Positions 1 through 10,439 of a stretch of 64,000 bases of DNA are shown piece after piece; position 1 is the stretch's first letter, and the number at the start of each line of letters is the position of its first letter. The DNA is taken from contig OZ024741.1 of the NCBI GenBank assembly GCA_964016885.1, positions 218,364,001 through 218,428,000 of the forward strand, given 5' to 3'. The position numbers and the translations under genes are program-made. The notes beneath the pieces were generated by a model, which saw only the letters and a program-made list of their open reading frames with translations, was not told the origin of the DNA and did no database searches. The DNA is from Eledone cirrhosa. Lineage: Eukaryota.

Positions 1-360
1 TCGAAAACTATACTTTTACAAAATCATCGGCTTTTTCCAAAAGGGGGTTCCTGCCCCCAGGGGTCCCCTACTCAATATGTGCCAATTCTCAGAGTTCTCA
101 TTCATCTGTAGAACAAACGTAGCCCATGTGTCAAGTTTTGTGAAAATCGGTTGCCAACTCCAGATGTTATGACGTTTTGTTGCATTGCACTGCAGTGCTT
201 CAGTCGACTCCAAGGAAACAGTTGAAGGGGGTTATCTGCCGGGAGGCCCTATAACCAATATCTGAAAAAATAAAAGTGCCCATGACCATCCAGAGTACAT
301 AAGTAACCTATGTCTTAAGTTTGGTGAAAATACTGTAGAAATGCATAAGGTTTACACACA
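1..360 (+). mobile_element. Possible non-autonomous Helitron/Helentron-associated (HINE-like) relic
   Basis: Motifs tcaagttttgtgaaaatcgg (~131) and taagtttggtgaaaat...gtagaaatg (~317) run into a CA/GT microsatellite. Same motif style as 4565-4610. Confidence 0.3.
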
Positions 361-889
361 CACACACGCGCGCGTTTATGTGTGTGTTTGTGTGTGTGTG
401 CGTGTGTGTGTGTATGTTTGTGTGTGTGTATGTATTTGTGTGTGCGCATGTATATGTATGTGTATGTCCGTCGGGCATACGTATGTACTGGCCTAAATCT
501 TCACTATTTACTTTTACTATTTTAATAACCTCTGTCAATTTCGTTTTCAATTTTATTTACATTCTTAAACTCCGGGGCTGGAAATCATTCGGTTATTTTA
601 AATAGAATATTAGTCTAACCACTCCATTTATACCATAAACTTGGTCTTGTCTTTACATGAAATTGTTCTTCTCGATCCACATAACGACGTATTATCCTCC
701 CTTTTTTTCCGTTCATTACCACGGAACGTCTTCACGAAACAAAATATGGTCTTCCTGTTTTCCTTCGGTTGCAACGTTTCTCGAAATATTTACTTCTGCG
801 TTCACAGATTAAATTTTTTAGTTTCAGAAGATCCCGTTAATGTTGAAAGCAGCGATTCTTTGCTTAAATTTTAATCTGTTCTTTTAATA

Positions 890-898
890 AATATATAC

Positions 899-981
<83 letters not shown>
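890..981. repeat. (TA)n microsatellite at the 3' junction of the Penelope-like element
   Basis: Direct reading. Confidence 0.95.
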
Positions 982-984
<3 letters not shown>

Positions 985-1070
985 AAAAATTGAACGGGAA
1001 CAAAACAGAGAGGCAGTACGAACAAAGGTTTATTAGTTTCACGCTCTTGAGAGTGGGGTGGTGGTGGGGA

Positions 1071-1102
1071 ACGACGTTTCGGGCATAAGCCCTTCTTCAG
1101 GT
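1071..1102 (-). ncRNA. Minimal type I hammerhead ribozyme motif in PLE pLTR
   Basis: Minus strand AC-CTGAAGA-A-GGGC(TTAT)GCCC-GAAA-CG-TC-GT: core boxes, 4-bp stem II, palindromic ACGT stem III, GUC triplet. Confidence 0.75.
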
Positions 1103-1319
1103 GAAAAGTGTGTGGGAAGAGAGTTCCAAGGGTGTGTAGGGGAGTGGTGGAGAGACATATAGAAAAAAGGGGGTGAGAGGAAACGGTACAAATGAAATTA
1201 AATATAAAAGCATAATAAAAATAAAAATAAACATGAAGTAAAACAGGTGGTGGAAGGAGGTGGGGCGTGTAGGCGTGGTGGCGGGTGGAGTGGGGAGAGG
1301 GGCGGGGAGGGCTGAAGGT

Positions 1320-1373
<54 letters not shown>

Positions 1374-2589
1374 TAAGAGTTTGGGGAAGAACGGGGTTGC
1401 ATGTTCAGGAAAAGGTGTTGGTAGGGTGGGATGTAGGTCGGTGCGTGTGTGGATGGGGAGGGGTCAGAGGGGTGGGGGAGAGGATTCCGGAGGCTGAGTG
1501 TGTAAATATGTGGTGGTACGCACGTGTGTGTGGTGTTTATACGTGTTGTGTATGTAGGTGGCGTGTGGGAAAAACATTTTTTTGAGTGTATGTCAGTGGG
1601 TGAGTCCTTAAGGTAGTTCCCTAGAGGATGTGGTGGAATGCTGGGTAATTTCCTTGGGATGTGGTTGATTCTTGGGAGCGATGTCCAATGTGTGTAATCC
1701 GTGGTTGGGTTGGTCGGAAGAGGGGTGATGTGGGTGCGCGCGCAACAGGAAGTGGTCAGAGGGTCAAGGCAGGAGGAGGGTTGTGTGTCTGTGTGTGCGG
1801 GGAGGTGGTCAGAGATTCAGGGCATATCAGCAGTCGGGGAGAATGGTAAGTGAAGAAAGTCGGTGCGTCAGTGTGTGCGGAGGTGCGGTGGACAGGGGAG
1901 AGGATGGGTAGGTGTGAAAGTTGGAGTGAGGAGGAGGTGTGTAATAGTAGAGGTGTTAGTGGGATGTGTGTGTGTGTGAGAAAGGGTGTGGGTGGAGCGG
2001 GGAGAGAAAGGTGTAGGGGCCGTTGGAGGGAGTGTAGTGTACTGGTGTGTGTGTGTGCGTGTTTGGATGAGTGTGTGTGTGGTGAATGGGGTGTTAGTGG
2101 GTGTTAGTATACTGGTGTGGGGAAAGGGTTGAATGCGGGTGTTAGTGGGGTCAGTGGTGGTAGGGTGTGTAGAGTGGGTGGTTTAAATGGGTGTGTGTGT
2201 TCGTGTGCATAGGGTTGGGGGTGTTAGTGATATTAGTTGCGTGAAGAGTGGGTGTTGTAAGTGGGTGTGTGTGTTCGTGTGCGTGGGGTCAGGGGGTGTG
2301 TTAGTGATGTTAGTTGCGGGGTGGTAGGGTGGATGTGTGTGGGTGAGGGTTAGTGGTGGTAGTAGGGTGTGTGTTTAGTGTGAGTGCGTGTATATATGTA
2401 TCGGTGGGTGTGTGAGTGTGATAAGGGGAGGGGGGAGAAGAAAGGAGGGATGTTAGTATGTTAGTTGGGAAAGGGTGGTCCGGTGTGGGGTAAAGGTGTT
2501 AGTGTTGTTAGTTGTGGGGTGCGCGGTGAAAAGGAGGAGTGTGTTAGTGGTGTTAGTGGGGGATATGTGTGGGGGAGGGCGGTCGAAGG

Positions 2590-2900
2590 CTAAAGGAATA
2601 AGGGTGGGGAGTTCAGGCCGGGGGGAGTGTGGGTCTGTAGGGTGAAGATGGTTCGTTGTTCGACCCTGATGAGAGTGGCGGGTGTTCCGTGGCATTGGAG
2701 TAGGCCACAGACTGTGAGGTGGTGCGCGGAATGTCCAGGGGCACCAAAGTGGCGGGCGATGGGGGAACTACCACCGAGACGAATATCTCGGAGGTGTTCG
2801 GTAAACCGGTCCGCCAGGCGACGTCCAGTCTGTCCGACGTAGGTTGCACTGCAGTCCGTGCAGCGAAGTCCATAGACTAGGTTGGAGGAGGTGCAGCGGA
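2590..2900 (-). pseudogene. GIY-YIG endonuclease domain of the Penelope-like element
   Basis: ORF 2590..2982: C.SSNLVYGLRC..C...YVGQTGR.L..RF.EH motif. Confidence 0.9.
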
Positions 2901-3049
2901 AGGCATGCCGGACAGACAGAGAGAGTGGCCGTTGGGACCCTGGAAGGTGGTGGTGTTGGTGATGTGGTGACAGGTGTTGCAACGGAGCCTGGAACAGGGA
3001 AGGGAACCAGGGGGGGGGGGGTATAGAGCTGTGGGCGAGGAGCGTGCGA

Positions 3050-3737
3050 AGATTGCGTGTGCGTTTGAAGGAGCGGGAGTGGTGGGGCTGGGAATATTTG
3101 GGAGGTGGAGGGGTCGGACTGGAGGCGTCGGAAGAGGCGGAGGATGGTGCGTGGAGGGGTGGTAGGTGGTGGAGAAGGGGAGACGGTGGGTGGGTGTGCG
3201 GTGGCGTGGGGTGAGGGTGGTGGAGCGGTGGACAGCACGGGCGCGGGAGAGAGCGGTGTGGACGAGAGAGGCGGGTAACCTCTGCGGATGAAATGGCTGA
3301 CTAGGGAAAGGGCCTGGGACTCAAAGTCAGCATCTCGGGTACAGAGGCGGCGGATCCTGAGGAGTTGGGAGTAGGGAATAGAGTGTTAAGTGTGTGTTGG
3401 GTGGGAAGAGGTGAAATGAGGTAGGAGTGGGAGTCGGTGGGTTTGAAGAAGGCGGAGGTGACGAGGGAGTGGTGGGAGGGGTCGAAGGCGACGAAGATGT
3501 CTAAGTAGTGGACGTGGGTGGTGGAGATAGAGGTGGTGAAGTGGAGGGAGGGGTGGAAGGAGCAGAAGAAGGAGAGAAAGAAGTCGAGCTGTTCTCGGGT
3601 GAGGGTCGTGGCTCCGATACAGTCGTCGATGTAACGACCGTACAGTTCGGGCGTGGGGCCGGTGTACTGGGCAAAGATTTGGGCCTCAACATGGCCAACA
3701 AAAAGGTTGGCATAGTTTGGGCCCATTCTTGTACCCA
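3050..3737 (-). pseudogene. C-terminal half of PLE reverse transcriptase, frameshifted
   Basis: MG...P..ANLF and RYIDD motifs in ORF 3301..3900. The N-terminal part of that ORF is unrelated flank. Confidence 0.9.
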
Positions 3738-4034
3738 TATATATATATATAGATAGATAGAGAGAGAGAGATGCTTTGTACCGCTTTTTGAGGAATGAGT
3801 GACCAGCAGTACGTTGTTTGGTATTATTACGAAAAGGTGTAGCAGAGAATCCCGCGTGAACTAACAGCTCGGGAGGAAACTGCTTACCTCGAAGATTCAT
3901 TTGCCATCGTTCTTGTCAACGCTCTGTTTACTTGGTATTTGTTAGTCTACAGTTAGATGAATGGCGCACAAAGGGTTAATGTTTATTGGCAAGAGGTTTT
4001 TTTAATAATAAAAGACGGGTTAAAGCGACCTTCG

Positions 4035-4269
4035 ATGTATCTGTGTGTTTATATACTTATATATATATATATATATACATATACACAGATACATATATAT
4101 ATATATATGTGTGTGTATGTATGCATATATATATATATATATATATGCGTGTGTATGTATGCATATATATGTATATATGTGTGTGTGTGTATATACATAT
4201 ATTTTTATGTGTATATGTGTATATCTATATATGTGTATATGTGTTTGTATATATGTATATGTGTATATA

Positions 4270-4323
<54 letters not shown>

Positions 4324-4331
4324 TATATATG

Positions 4332-4362
<31 letters not shown>

Positions 4363-4372
4363 TTGTTTGTGT
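4035..4372. repeat. Compound (TA)/(TG) microsatellite
   Basis: Direct reading. Confidence 0.9.
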
Positions 4373-4384
4373 GAATGTAGCGAA

Positions 4385-4625
4385 GATTATACGTCAGCAA
4401 TGACGTGTTCTTCAGAATGTCGTTATGCAGACAGTCAGACATACAGACATATACTATAAGGGCTCGACGGAGATCGAAAGCCGGCGCCTAACACCCCTTT
4501 AACAACAGAAAATTGAAAAATAAAAGCTGCAGTTAGTATCTTTAGACCGCAAGGAATATATAAATGCAAGTTTGAAGTCAATCGGAGTAGAAATGTGGAT
4601 TTGTATAGACTTTGCAAAAATGAGG

Positions 4626-4659
<34 letters not shown>

Positions 4660-4712
4660 ACGCACACACGCACTCATACGCACACAGACAACAACAGTTT
4701 TATATATACAGA
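4385..4712 (+). mobile_element. Possible non-autonomous Helitron/HINE-like relic
   Basis: tgcaagtttgaagtcaatcgg...gtagaaatgtggattt, internal (CA)n, ending cagttttatatatacaga. This architecture is typical of such elements; recognised by pattern only. Confidence 0.4.
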
Positions 4713-4714
4713 CA

Positions 4715-5290
4715 TCTATCTAGGGCGGGTAAAACTCCCGAGATCCATGGACAAGTTCTCTCCAGCGGTCTCTGTCCCTCATTATCGCTGTCATGTCCTG
4801 TTTCTCCAAGAGACCAGTGTCTGTCCTTAGGGCATCAACATATGTTAACCTTGGTCTTCCTCTTCCAATGTGTCCATGCAGGGGCTTCCACGGGAGCACT
4901 GAGTGTAATGTCAACTCTGGATGTCGGTGAGCATGTCCAGTTAACCTCAGTCTCCTCTGTGTCACTTTCGAGCTGACTTTTGGGAGGGTCCCGTACATCT
5001 CTGAGTTCTTCATCCTCAGTGTATACCGATTAATGTTCAGAGCCATCCTCAGCATTTCCGTATAGCACCCATCCACCATCTGAGTGAGTTTCTTGGTCAG
5101 TGTCCAAGTCTCAGACCCGTACAGCAGCACAGACTCCACTACAGCAATGACGAGACGGATCTTCAGGTCTTTACGAAGGTCCGACTTCCATACAGATCTC
5201 AAGCTGTGGCACGCCGCCCAGGCTTTGCTCTTCCTCTCGACCACATCATCTTCCGTATTCCCAATCTTTGCTCCCAAATACAGGAAGTAT
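4715..5290 (-). mobile_element. RTE-clade LINE 3' fragment
   Basis: FLYLGA...RKSKAWAA...LKIRL..AVVESVLLYGSETWTLT...RRLRLTGH..RH...GRPRLTYVD...DRDRWR in ORF 4720..5460. Confidence 0.88.
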
Positions 5291-5476
5291 ATATAAATTC
5301 GTTCAAATATTATACATATTTCCCTGGGTTTGACGATCAGGTGGTGTAATTCCCTCGTAACTGTCGGCCCGAGTTCATCAGATAGCAATCTGAAATAAAA
5401 ACAACAGCTTCTAAATTTCATCGCTAAGAGGGATCTGCACGGAATATAGCCTGTTGCCATTTCCCTTGCCGACTCA

Positions 5477-5529
<53 letters not shown>

Positions 5530-5908
5530 GATTCTTTTTTTCAAATACCACTTTGGAAGAAGAATCAGGATGGAGAGAGAGGTGCTGTACCCCAGCAAGT
5601 TTTATGAAAGGTGGGTGAAAGTGGCGAGAATGGCCCGAGTGAATGGGCCTTCTCTCTAGATCAGCCTGTAGGTTGAGGAAAAAGAGGAAGAGAGGAAAGG
5701 GGTACAAACTCTCCGTACTCCTGGAGATGAGGGCTGCACATTTTTTCGGGGGTATGTATTACACATATGAACTGTCTCCCCCTATTGGGGAAAATCGACT
5801 AATTTTTTTAATTGCATTTGTGATAATATTTTACACGTTTTTATTGTATGTAAACTTCCCCCTTTGTATTTGTCCCCTTCTTTTGTGCCTCTGTGGCTAA
5901 TAAAGAAA
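5530..5908 (+). mobile_element. Tx1/L1-type LINE, short 3' fragment (copy 1)
   Basis: Matches the last ~380 bp of 5990-6728. Ends taataaagaaa then (TATC)n. Confidence 0.75.
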
Positions 5909-5946
5909 CATATCTATCTATCTGTCTATCTATCTATCTAACTATC

Positions 5947-5977
<31 letters not shown>

Positions 5978-5989
5978 CTATCTATCTCT

Positions 5990-6728
5990 CTGGCAGTGCT
6001 ACCGAGGAGCTCTACCAGTTCGAGACAAGCTCTACAGACATGGGCGCCCGGGCAGGGACCCTGCAAAAAAGATCTGTCCGAGGTGCGTGCGAGACGAAGA
6101 AACCGTCGCGCACGCATTCATACACTGCCCGGGCGTCACTGACCTGTGGGGCTATGTAGAACGACTATTGTCGCGGGTGGGACCAATCCAGTTGACCACC
6201 GAGTCCATTGTCATGATCAAACCGCCACCCTCCTTCAAAAACGAAGGAGAGGCGGTTTTCCTTTGTGTGATAGCTATGGCGAAAGAGGTTGTATGGTGGA
6301 CAAGGTTGAAAGGGCTGAGGTCAGACACCTTTCTCTCCGGCCAACAACTGATTCTTTTTTTCAAATACCACTTTGGAAGAAGAATCAGGATGGAGAGAGA
6401 GGTGCTGTACCCCAGCAAGTTTTATGAAAGGTGGGTGAAAGTGGCGAGAATGGCCCGAGTGAATGGGCCTTCTCTCTATATCAGCCTGTAGGTTGAGGAA
6501 AAGGAGGAGGAGAGGAAAGGAGTACAAGCTCTTCGTACTCCTGGAGATGAGGGTTGCACATTTTTTTCGGGGGTCTGTGTTACCCATATAAACTGTCTCC
6601 CTCTATTGGGGAAAATCGACTAACTTTTAAATTCCATCTGTGATAACATTTTACACGTTTTTATTGTATGTAAACTTCCCCCTTTGTATTTGTCCCCTTC
6701 TTTTGTGCCCCTGTGGCTAATAAAGAAA
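5990..6728 (+). mobile_element. Tx1/L1-type LINE ORF2 C-terminus (zinc-binding CCHC region) plus 3' UTR (copy 1)
   Basis: CPRCVRDEETVAHAFIHC..V..LW motif, then AKEVVWWTR and F..RW. Flanked by (TATC)n. Confidence 0.8.
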
Positions 6729-6730
6729 TA

Positions 6731-6767
<37 letters not shown>

Positions 6768-7146
6768 GATTCTTTTTTTCAAATACCACTTTGGAAGAAG
6801 AATCAGGATGGAGAGAGAGGTGCTGTACCCCAGCAAGTTTTATGAAAGGTGGGTGAAAGTGGCGAGAATGGCCCGAGTGAATGGGCCTTCTCTCTAGATC
6901 AGCCTGTAGGTTGAGGAAAAAGAGGAAGAGAGGAAAGGGGTACAAACTCTCCGTACTCCTGGAGATGAGGGCTGCACATTTTTTCGGGGGTATGTATTAC
7001 ACATATGAACTGTCTCCCCCTATTGGGGAAAATCGACTAATTTTTTTAATTGCATTTGTGATAATATTTTACACGTTTTTATTGTATGTAAACTTCCCCC
7101 TTTGTATTTGTCCCCTTCTTTTGTGCCTCTGTGGCTAATAAAGAAA
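6768..7146 (+). mobile_element. Tx1/L1-type LINE, short 3' fragment (copy 2)
   Basis: Duplicate of 5530-5908. Confidence 0.75.
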
Positions 7147-7184
7147 CATATCTATCTATCTGTCTATCTATCTATCTAACTATC

Positions 7185-7215
<31 letters not shown>

Positions 7216-7227
7216 CTATCTATCTCT

Positions 7228-7968
7228 CTGGCAGTGCTACCGAGGAGCTCTACCAGTTCGAGACAAGCTCTACAGACATGGGCGCCCGGGCAGGGACCCT
7301 GCAAAAAAGATCTGTCCGAGGTGCGTGCGAGACGAAGAAACCGTCGCGCACGCATTCATACACTGCCCGGGCGTCACTGACCTGTGGGGCTATGTAGAAC
7401 GACTATTGTCGCGGGTGGGACCAATCCAGTTGACCACCGAGTCCATTGTCATGATCAAACCGCCACCCTCCTTCAAAAACGAAGGAGAGGCGGTTTTCCT
7501 TTGTGTGATAGCTATGGCGAAAGAGGTTGTATGGTGGACAAGGTTGAAAGGGCTGAGGTCAGACACCTTTCTCTCCGGCCAACAACTGATTCTTTTTTTC
7601 AAATACCACTTTGGAAGAAGAATCAGGATGGAGAGAGAGGTGCTGTACCCCAGCAAGTTTTATGAAAGGTGGGTGAAAGTGGCGAGAATGGCCCGAGTGA
7701 ATGGGCCTTCTCTCTATATCAGCCTGTAGGTTGAGGAAAAGGAGGAGGAGAGGAAAGGAGTACAAGCTCTTCGTACTCCCGGAGATGAGGGTTGCACATT
7801 TTTTTTCGGGGGTATGTGTTACCCATATAAACTGTCTCCCTCTATTGGGGGAAATCGACTAACTTTTAAATTCCATCTGTGATAACATTTTACACGTTTT
7901 TATTGTATGTAAACTTCCCCCTTTGTATTTGTCCCCTTCTTTTGTGCCCCTGTGGCTAATAAAGAAAT
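7228..7968 (+). mobile_element. Tx1/L1-type LINE ORF2 C-terminus plus 3' UTR (copy 2)
   Basis: Duplicate of 5990-6728 with about 4 differences in the 3' UTR. Confidence 0.8.
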
Positions 7969-8130
7969 ATATCTATCTATCTATCTATCTATAACCCCCC
8001 CCCCAACACACACACACACACACATATATGCAAGAGATGTCAACATGAATAGACCTCTTATTTTTATCTAAAGACATTTTTTCGAATGCCAAACCACCTG
8101 TCCCTTCAATCTATCTTATTTCTCATTCTT

Positions 8131-8166
8131 TCTTCTGATGAAGGACTAGCGTCAGAAAGGTTAAGA
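8131..8166 (+). ncRNA. Degenerate minimal hammerhead motif (pLTR relic)
   Basis: TCTT-CTGATGA-A-GGAC(TAGC)GTCA-GAAA-GG-TT-AAGA. Stem I TCTT/AAGA is intact; stems II and III each have a mismatch. Confidence 0.5.
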
Positions 8167-8277
8167 CCCTCTTCCTGATATATCAAGCGTTAACCTAATA
8201 TATCCCTTCCATATACTGTACCGAATGTGTTGTTATATCTGTTTACCTTTTACATACATACACACACAAACAAACAT

Positions 8278-8349
<72 letters not shown>

Positions 8350-8354
<5 letters not shown>

Positions 8355-8667
8355 ATGAATACAAACAGTTTAAAACCGTTAAAATATGATTATATAATAG
8401 TGCGCCTACGTACGTTTCGCCCTGAGCGGTGTTTATAAAGGGCATGGAAAGCAAAATAAGGATCAATATAGGACCCAGGAAGGAAATTCACAGTTAAATT
8501 AACATCATCAATCATTTTTCCCCTCTGTGCATGTGTTTTTATTATCACAGAGCAGGGGGAGTAACTCTGGCCGGTGTTCAAGCAATCAGTCCCATGTGGA
8601 TTTTTATGCCTATTCATATGCTGGTGTTTAGCATCTTTATATTATGTGTATTGTTTCACTAGTGCCA

Positions 8668-8670
<3 letters not shown>
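8350..8670 (-). mobile_element. Diverged pLTR-like relic related to 62863-63280, between (TA)n tracts
   Basis: accgttaaaa...cctacgtacgtttcgccc...aagggcat is shared with 62892-62960. Confidence 0.55.
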
Positions 8671-8739
<69 letters not shown>

Positions 8740-8746
<7 letters not shown>

Positions 8747-9120
8747 TAATGAAATGACAGGAGGCTGGATTTGTGTAAATCCTTGAAAGGTTTATTATAC
8801 TATGATCATTTCAATTACCGGGTTCCGTATGAATCCGGTGATATCATCAGGTATTCGAAATATTTCGAATACCTGATGATATCACCGGATTCATACGGAA
8901 CCCGGTAATTGAAATGATCATAGTATAATAAACCTTTCAAGGATTTACACAAATCCAGCCTCCTGTCATTTCATTATAATATTTAACTCCGTAATAACAC
9001 CACCAACTACAAAAACAAAGACGGTTGAACTGCTTTACGTTGAGTACTCTCTATATTATTACATTGCGATTGACCATACGGAATAGACCAGCTCTATCCA
9101 GTGGTGAACCTCAAACGTGA
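8740..9120 (+). mobile_element. Solo pLTR-like unit with inverted duplication (244-bp perfect palindrome 8740-8983 plus unique tail) inside (TA)n
   Basis: Arms read as exact reverse complements about centre 8861/8862, with no loop. (TA)n on both sides. Confidence 0.8.
8869..8926 (+). ncRNA. Type I hammerhead ribozyme motif (mirror copy on minus strand at 8797-8854)
   Basis: ATAC-CTGATGA-T-ATCACCGG...CCGGTAAT-T-GAAA-TGATCA-TA-GTAT: stem I ATAC/GTAT, long stem II, palindromic stem III ATGATCAT. Confidence 0.75.
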
Positions 9121-9399
9121 ATATATATATATATATATATATATAGGTGGTTTAATTTACGAATAAAATTTTCTGTTTTGACTACTTTTTAGCACAATCT
9201 GCTTCTTTAAAAACATTCTGTTGATCTGGTGAAACTGGTGTAGGTCCCAGTAACATCTGTAGCAACAGATGTGTTGATCACACTACATGTGTTGATCATC
9301 CGGGTTACTAACGGTGTGTCATGGCTCAGGGGAAGTATAACTGATATGGAGCAACACCTACACAACTTCCTCCAACACCACCAACACGTCCAGCATGAA

Positions 9400-9450
9400 C
9401 TACCACCACCGCCGCCGCCGCCACCAGAATCACCACTAACGACATCGACG

Positions 9451-9494
<44 letters not shown>

Positions 9495-9528
9495 CACTAC
9501 TACTACCACCACCACCACCACCACCACC

Positions 9529-9560
<32 letters not shown>

Positions 9561-9812
9561 AACCACCACTACTACTACTACCACCACCAACACTACTACT
9601 ACTACCACCACCACCACCACCACCACCACCACCACCACCACCACCACCACCACTACTACTACTACTACTACAACCACAACCACCACTACTACTACTACCA
9701 CCACCAACACTACTACTACTACCACCACCACCACCACCACCACCACCACCACCACCACCACTACTACTACTACTACAACCACAACCACCACTACTACTAC
9801 TACCACCACCAA

Positions 9813-9900
<88 letters not shown>
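9400..9900. repeat. Compound (ACT)n/(ACC)n trinucleotide repeat with internal ~120-bp duplication
   Basis: Direct reading. accaacactactact recurs at ~9585, ~9703 and ~9808. Confidence 0.92.
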
Positions 9901-9902
<2 letters not shown>

Positions 9903-10009
9903 AAGTACTTAGCTATGGCTGAGATATCAGTTGAACGCGAAAGACCTGAAATAAGTCGTGTCTGGAGATAAGAAGGAATAACTAGAAAATCTTCCTAAAC
10001 CAGATGTTT

Positions 10010-10402
10010 CCATAGATACAGCCAGAAGGGTCAATAAGGTGGCTTTGACGTGGTCTATATACATGCTAGAAATAGCAGCCAGATACAGGCAGAGGGGTTT
10101 GTAAGGTGGCTTTGAAGTGGCTGTTACACCTGCAAGAAATAGCAGCCAGATATAGACAGAAGGGTCAGTAAGGTAAATTTCAACTGGTTGTTAACCTGCT
10201 AGAAATAGCAGCAACATACTGGCTAAAGCGTCAGTAAAGTGGCCTTGAAGTGGAATTTAGATATACTAGAAATAGCAGCTAGATACAGACAAAAGGGTCA
10301 GTAAGATGGCTTTGAAGTGGCTGTTACTCATGCTAGAAATAGCAGCAAAAGGGTCAATAAGATTGGATCAAAGTGGTCGGCACGCATCCTTGAAATAGCA
10401 AT
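10010..10402 (+). repeat. Degenerate ~62-69-bp tandem repeat (about 6 units) containing gctagaaatagcagcca
   Basis: The motif tagaaatagcagc recurs at ~10067, 10135, 10200, 10267, 10334 and 10392, each preceded by aaggtggctttgaagtgg-like sequence. Confidence 0.75.
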
Positions 10403-10439
10403 ACATCTACGTCAAACTACACTGTAATATTCAAACGAA

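Larger units (their letters stand above)
982..3737 (-). mobile_element. 5'-truncated Penelope-like retroelement (RT + GIY-YIG, ~1.6-kb C/A-rich 3' region, hammerhead-bearing pLTR)
   Basis: Minus-strand MGTRMGPNYANLFVG...YGRYIDDCIG...YLDI...FFKPTDSHSYL (PLE-type RT) and NLVYGLRCTDCSATYVGQTGRRLADRFTEHLRDI...EQRTIFTLQT..PPGLN (GIY-YIG). Frameshifted. Both ends abut (TA)n. Confidence 0.92.
5478..7990 (+). repeat. ~1238-bp tandem duplication, each unit = short + long LINE 3' fragment separated by (TATC)n
   Basis: ORF sets repeat with an exact 1238 offset (5643/6881, 5893/7131, 6087/7325). Confidence 0.93.

Noticed and set aside
5300-5410. Minus-strand acceptor (ttttatttcag) plus short exon, or CTGATGA hammerhead
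   Set aside because: No recognisable protein and no good donor. The second hammerhead box reads GAAT and stem III is absent.
9207-9912. Poly-Val and poly-Thr ORFs as intact genes
   Set aside because: They derive from a trinucleotide repeat, and no supported exon structure exists.
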